This document shows, one piece after another, positions 58,346 to 64,000 of a stretch of DNA of 64,000 bases (positions are counted from its first letter, which is position 1; each line of letters begins with the position of its first letter). The DNA is taken from contig CM097885.1 of NCBI GenBank assembly GCA_044892525.1, positions 82,894,001 to 82,958,000 of the forward strand. The letters are read 5' to 3'. Source of the stretch: Schmidtea polychroa (Eukaryota). The position numbers and the translations under genes are program-made. The notes beneath the pieces are model-generated. The model saw nothing but the letters and a program-made list of their open reading frames with translations. It was not told where the DNA came from and searched no databases.

Positions 58346-58751
58346 GTCTAAATAAGTATGTTGTCATTACTCGGTCTCACTTAAAAAATTAAAAATAATA
58401 TTATTGTGTTATAATCAATATTTGTTTGGCTTTTATTCGCTATTGTTTTATATTTTATTCACTCTTTGATAATTTTCCCTTTTTGTTTAATAACTTAGAA
58501 TTAAACAGAATTAGCCAATTCCCATTTTCTTTTCTCATCATTCTCAATCACATTCATTCAAGCTCATTTAGATTCGTTTATATTCATAGTATGCTCTATT
58601 TCACACAAAACAGCTCGTATCATCATTCTAATGCACTATAATATCGATTCATTTCAGTCCCGTTCCATTTTTTATCATAATTAATTAAATTGTTAATCTA
58701 ACACGTCATACCCAATAATAGGTAATCAAACAAATGAAATTAATAAGTGAG

Positions 58752-58769
58752 ATCCCGGCTGAGCCCCCA
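58752..58769 (-). promoter_or_regulatory. Primer-binding site, tRNA-Pro type
   Basis: TGGGGGCTCAGCCGGGAT matches 16/18 of the canonical PBS-Pro TGGGGGCTCGTCCGGGAT; 7 nt from the LTR end CA. Confidence 0.85.
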
Positions 58770-58776
58770 AAAATCA

Positions 58777-59487
58777 TGTTGGGTGTACGTGGGGGAAATG
58801 GATAACTATTACTAATATGCACACAAACTCTCATCATTCCGCTCAGACGCTTCCCTCGTACACGCCCCATGATCATGCAAATATTCCCACGTATGAGCCC
58901 GTAGTGATGTTCTACGTTGGTGCTGCCCACACGGGTCGGAAGAAGCTAGCAGGTGAGCCTCTATCTTAAGACTACTCCTAACCCCCTCTCAGTACAGGTT
59001 CTATGGTGCCTTAGAAGGACTTACCCGTTCCTACATTTGCAATCGGCCCGACCCTGGTCCAAGAGGACGGCCTTCATTCAAGGATGCTGTTCCAGTTTAA
59101 CAATTCAATTATGCATTTCACTCATCATTCTCATCATTCAATCAACAAATAAAGAAAAATAAAATTTGTATTACATTCAAAAATTATCGAGACCGAAAAA
59201 TCGTACACCAACATGCAATAAACTATTGATTACATAATACCGACGAATTGTTAGATACAGAGATATTAGTTAAAGGTCTTTTCGAAATGAGAGATGGATC
59301 CCATCGTCGGGTCGGAATTTCAGAACGCATCTCCATCGGCGAATACTTCGTCTATGTCTACTGGCAACCTGCGATCCACCAGATACTTAATGCCCTCGGC
59401 TGGAACCACTTTGAATATCTCCTTGGCCGGAATTACGTGGGTGGCTGAGATATCCTTAATTGTGGACTGGGCCATGGATAAAGAAGC
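58777..59487 (-). mobile_element. 5' LTR remnant (U5 end plus end of the LTR ORF; motif copy D at 58950-59024)
   Basis: Identical by eye to 24211-24921 (offset 34566). Confidence 0.92.
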
Positions 59488-60180
59488 CATAAGTTGATTT
59501 CTTTATATGGCTGTCATGAGGGTAATAGTCATTATTTTTTCCTCTCATATTTGTTTGATTCGAATTATATATTATTGATTTATTTTTATTAGAGTAATCA
59601 TAATTATCGTACCCATTTATCCTTCCTCTAGCATCTCTCCCATCTACAAAGCCTCTGCCGGATACATCCTGGCAATCAAGATCACAGGATGGTGGAATCA
59701 TTATTCGATGCGCTGCAGCTATCTGTCTTCCAGGTTCGGCTTCAGGTCTGCCAGGCTGATGTCCATAGTCCAAATCGTGAGGCGGAAGGGTCATGTCTCG
59801 GTGTCCCATCGTCATCTGCCGATTCAGCGCAGCTTCATTTCTCCCATTGTTTTGGTCCTTTAAATAAATATTATTAAAACTCTTTATTTCTTTATCAATA
59901 TTTTTATTGTTTGCATTATTTTGGTATCCGCTCTCCTGGACTCTTGTGAGCAGAGTAATCGCCCTCTGGTCCATATCTGCCGCTCTCTTCATCTTCCCAT
60001 TCAGGGTTTGCTCCACATAAAGAGCTGTGTTCGAGTATCTCTGTAGCAGCCGCGTCCGAATCCGGTTCCAGCATTGTGCAAGATCATCTCCGCCTTTCGC
60101 CCTTCCTGAATTAAAAAATACAATTAACTTTTCGCTGTCACGGACAATTTCTGCCCAGTGCAATTGAATGTTATATAGGT
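59488..60180 (-). mobile_element. 5' fragment of the NeSL/R5-like family, 3'-truncated
   Basis: Translation GKMKRAADMDQRAITLLTRV..HDSHIKKS matches the N-terminus of 26616-30095 with substitutions and an indel. Confidence 0.85.
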
Positions 60181-60217
60181 TCTTGATTTTGGACATCATT
60201 GTTTTTCAATAATATTG

Positions 60218-60218
<1 letters not shown>

Positions 60219-60268
<50 letters not shown>

Positions 60269-60300
60269 TTAATAATAATATTAATAATAATAATAATAAA
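60219..60300. repeat. (AAT)n microsatellite followed by imperfect AATGGGTTGTGTG repeats
   Basis: Direct reading. Confidence 0.92.
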
Positions 60301-60608
60301 AGTTTAATGGGTTGTATATCTGTGTAGAAAATATTTTAGGTTTTCACTAATATTGATAATAATAATAATTATAATGGTTAATGGGTTGTGTGTGTGTGTA
60401 GAAAATATTTTAGGTTTTAAATATTGATAATAATAATAATGGTTGATGGGTTGTGTGTGTAAACCANNNNNNNNNNNNNNNNNNNNNNNNNNNNNNNNNN
60501 NNNNNNNNNNNNNNNNNNNNNNNNNNNNNNNNNNNNNNNNNNNNNNNNNNNNNNNNNNNNNNNNNNNNNNNNNNNNNNNNNNNNNNNNNNNNNNNNNNNN
60601 NNNNNNNG

Positions 60609-61453
60609 ATTGGGGCTCCCCGCGACAGGAGCCCGCCAGATCACATACCCCTCCCCACCCCCGCACCCCTGGAAAAAATTTTTTTTTAAATTTTAAAAAT
60701 AAAAGATCAAGGTCATTTTTTTTGTTTTATTAATTGGCCCAGCGGGCTCACACTTTTTTTTCATCCCAAAAATTAATGTTCCCGCCAACAGATTTTATTG
60801 AACGATACCTCATCTTAATGCCCAATGCAAGACCTTTAAGATGTGCTATAGGTATTTTATATATCTTTAATAGTTTTAATGTTATTAACATTTGATGACC
60901 ACCATCTTTTCAAAGTTAAATTATTATTACTTTCAAAATATTATTAAGTGATCCATAGGGCTCACACTTTTTTTCATCCGAAAAATTAATGTTCCCATTA
61001 TTCGAATTTATTAGTTGATAGCTTAATTTGAAGCTTAGGTCAAGACCTTTCGAATGATCTATTGAAGGTATCATCATCATTAATATTGGGAAAGATATTA
61101 ACGTTTTCCCGAGACCATTTTCAAGGTCATATAATTATTGTTATTATTCAAAATATTATTAATTGATCCAGAGGGCTCACACTTTTATTCATCCCAAAAA
61201 TTAATGTTCCCATCATTCTACTTCATCGATAGATAGCTTATTTTGAAGACCGGTGCAAGATCTATCTATTGATATATAAATATCATTATTATCATTATTA
61301 TAGGCAAAATTATTAACGTTTTCTTGAGACCATTTTCAAGGTCATTTATTTTTTCAAGGTCATATTATTATTTTTTCAAAATATTATTTTTCAAGGTCAT
61401 TTATTATTTTCAAGGTCATTTATTTTTTCAAGGTCATATTATTATTTTAAAAA
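60609..61453 (+). repeat. TTCAAGGTCA-family terminal region with ~214-bp tandem repeats
   Basis: GGGCTCACACTTTT..CATCC..AAAATTAATGTTCCC at 60744, 60958, 61173; five short TTTTCAAGGTCAT repeats at ~61336-61440; homologous to 22745-23485. Confidence 0.75.
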
Positions 61454-62450
61454 NNNNNNNNNNNNNNNNNNNNNNNNNNNNNNNNNNNNNNNNNNNNNNN
61501 NNNNNNNNNNNNNNNNNNNNNNNNNNNNNNNNNNNNNNNNNNNNNNNNNNNNNNNNNNNNNNNNNNNNNNNNNNNNNNNNNNNNNNAGAGGACAAGGCAA
61601 AGTTTATGCATTTAGTATTGCCAGGCCTAATGAGCAGTGACCAAATATCTGTGCCTGAAAGACACGGTGGATATTTGTTCGCGTCCACAAGGGTCGTCTG
61701 TGCCTCTCCAAAGTAGGGTCAGAAGAACCTGGGCATTATAGCTTTCCGTACGGAACATTACGCCTAGCATGGGTAGTCAACTACCAGCACATTCGAAACG
61801 TATAATTTCAAAATACATGCGTCATTGGCACTATAACCAAATTAATTAATGTTTTCACTAACACAAATATATATTTTCAGAGGCCTCCCACTAGTTAGAT
61901 TACAACCGCCCACCACGACGATCAGCTTGTAAATATATATTAATTAAGGGATAAAGAGGACCCACCCAACCCTATTATATTTAATTTACAAAAGGTTTCT
62001 CTCTTTTCAGCTGGTAATCTATCTCAAAATTATCATCTCCATCGGGCCATTTGGAATACATCTTGCAAATTGGACATATTTCTTAGTTTCTGATGCGGCG
62101 TCAACATTCATTGCTAAAATTTATATTGATTTAAAAGCAATTAACTTACAGATGTTATCTAGCATTTTATCGTCACATGCTTGATAAATTAGGCAACTGT
62201 TATTTGTGGTATACTTTATCAATGTCATTTCCCACCATAAAACACAGATACCTAAATATAATATATATATTTTAAAGAATTAATTCATGTCTTACATTAA
62301 TAATATTCTTCAGGTATGATGAGTACTTTACTTAATTGCTAAAACATCGGTTTTTCCCATTTTTCTTGACATTTGTTGAAAGTTTACATAATTTAAGTCT
62401 GATAAGTAAACATTCATGTTGAAGGACACCCACAATCAAATAATTCATTT

Positions 62451-62635
62451 AAGAAATCTTTAAATCCGGAATTATAACTCCTTTAGTGTTTCACCATTTT
62501 GTCTGGTTCATCTTCTTCATAATCCAATAATTCATGTTTTAATAAGAAATCTCTAAATCCAGAACATAAGTCTTTTAGTGTTTCACCTTTTAATCTGGTT
62601 CATATTCTTCATAATTATATAATTCATTTTCTTCA
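62451..62635 (-). repeat. 93-bp tandem duplication within a decayed ORF
   Basis: Two units at 62451 and 62544; the minus strand translates as YEExEPD..GETLKxLxSGFxDFL-like repeats with stops. Confidence 0.7.
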
Positions 62636-64000
62636 TTACTTAGTAAAATAATTAAAATATTGTAGTAAATTCTTTATTTACTTACTTTATGGATACTAAA
62701 ACGAAAAAATAAAGTTATATCACAATTATATTTAAATAATTTAAATTTAGTTATTTAAACATATTTAAACACTTTAGTTATTTAAGCATATTTAAACATT
62801 AATATTATTATATAGTATAATTTTATATAATATTATAATATTATAATTTTATGTACACTTATATAGCCGTCATTTAATTTTTTAAATTCAAAAATTTATA
62901 ATGAAGATTCTTTGAATTAAAAAATATTCTGTTAGTATTTCCAGGCAGAAAAAAACGAATTCAATAATTAAAATCTTAATTTTCATGTTGTTAGGGTTGT
63001 AGCCAGAAGTTAATCGCCATCAAATCGTTTGTTCTCAATTTTTTTTTGTTCAAAACATTCAGGTGAGTTGTTATCTGGAAAGTTTCTTTGAGCTCAGTTT
63101 TGTTAAAACACTCACGGTATTTTTGAGAGACGTGAAACTGGAAAAAAATTAACAATGGGTGGTCATCCATACATGTTGTTGGTCTGAGCTGTCGATTTAT
63201 TTTAGAAATAGGTATATTAAAAACATTTAAGGTATCATTCAGTAAAATAATATAGTATTTTTGAGTATGTTTTAGTTAATTTATAAATAAGAGTATTTTG
63301 ATATATCAATAAAGACCATATACTCCGAGTTTATCCGACAAAATATTCTGTCCCCCTGTGGGTATTGCTAGCAAGGGTACTGGTCACATTCAACATGTCG
63401 CAAGGGTATATTAATCAATTAGAAATTCTTAGGTAATTTAGTAAGATGATCAGAAATTCGTAAATATTTTAAATGTAACTTTACACTTATGTCGAGCGAC
63501 TAATTTATTGGTTAACTTTGTAGTCATTTAAAGCAAAAATTAATTTATTCATCTAATGTTCGTTACAATAGTTAATAAAATGAGAAAAACATGGTCTTTA
63601 TTCATTGATAATTTTAAATTCTTTATCATTGGGAGTAAATTTGTTTGAGGCAAAAATAATTAAAGGAGTCATAATAGAAATATGGTTATCATTTATCCAA
63701 TTAAGGGGCTTATTAGTTAGAAATATATATTATAAAGTAACAATTATTTTCTAATTTAATTAGATGATCATTAGACGTAATATATCTTTGCGAGAAATTT
63801 AAGATTTTTGAGTAACCAAAACATGGATATTTTGTGCGAGAAATTTATGAATATTGGTTAATTTTGTTATTTTTAGTCATTTAAAATAATATTTAGCAAA
63901 GGTAATTTAGCAAAAGTAGGTAGTTAGTGGCTTACGGCAGGAATAGGGGGGGGGGGGGTAAAAAATGTTGCAAACTTTTGATTGCATAACTTTTTCCGTA

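Larger units (their letters stand above)
24211..59487 (-). mobile_element. Giant Ty3/gypsy-type LTR retroelement / endogenous retrovirus-like element (Burro-like) with nested insertions
   Basis: 711-bp identical LTR ends at 24211-24921 and 58777-59487; PBS-Pro at 58752-58769; LTR inverted termini TGTTGGG/CCCAACA (24211, 39383); gag, PR-RT-RH-IN order; internal region 39384-58776. Confidence 0.9.

Noticed and set aside
61620-61740. Hammerhead variant at CTAATGAG...TGAAAG
   Set aside because: Core substitutions, and no UH triplet in front of the candidate stem I partner.

Overview
AT-rich eukaryotic draft-assembly DNA with five N gaps, made almost entirely of nested transposable elements. The element families resemble those described from planarian flatworms (inference). 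The main feature is a giant minus-strand Ty3/gypsy-type LTR element. Its 5' LTR remnant lies at 58777-59487, followed by a tRNA-Pro PBS, a RING-finger ORF and a fragmented polyprotein of roughly 4,700 codons. The polyprotein order is gag, three ubiquitin/SUMO-like domains, a Bcl-2-like domain, a signal peptide plus chuvirus/gB-like class III glycoprotein plus TM, then PR-RT-RH-IN and two ankyrin modules. Four small accessory ORFs follow, then a multi-kb 3' LTR (39383 down to 24211) that carries its own gene and is split by NeSL/R5-like non-LTR retrotransposons. The env-like gene lying between gag and pol, and the apoptosis/ubiquitin cargo, are the most unusual observations. The window also holds a 4.1-kb solo LTR of a related family with a homologous LTR-borne gene and a conserved structured motif, and the 3' end of a third such element with a degenerate REX4/ISG20-like exonuclease. 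Two TIR-bounded hAT-superfamily transposons, two MITEs and several repeats complete it. All domain calls come from visual motif recognition; no searches were run.
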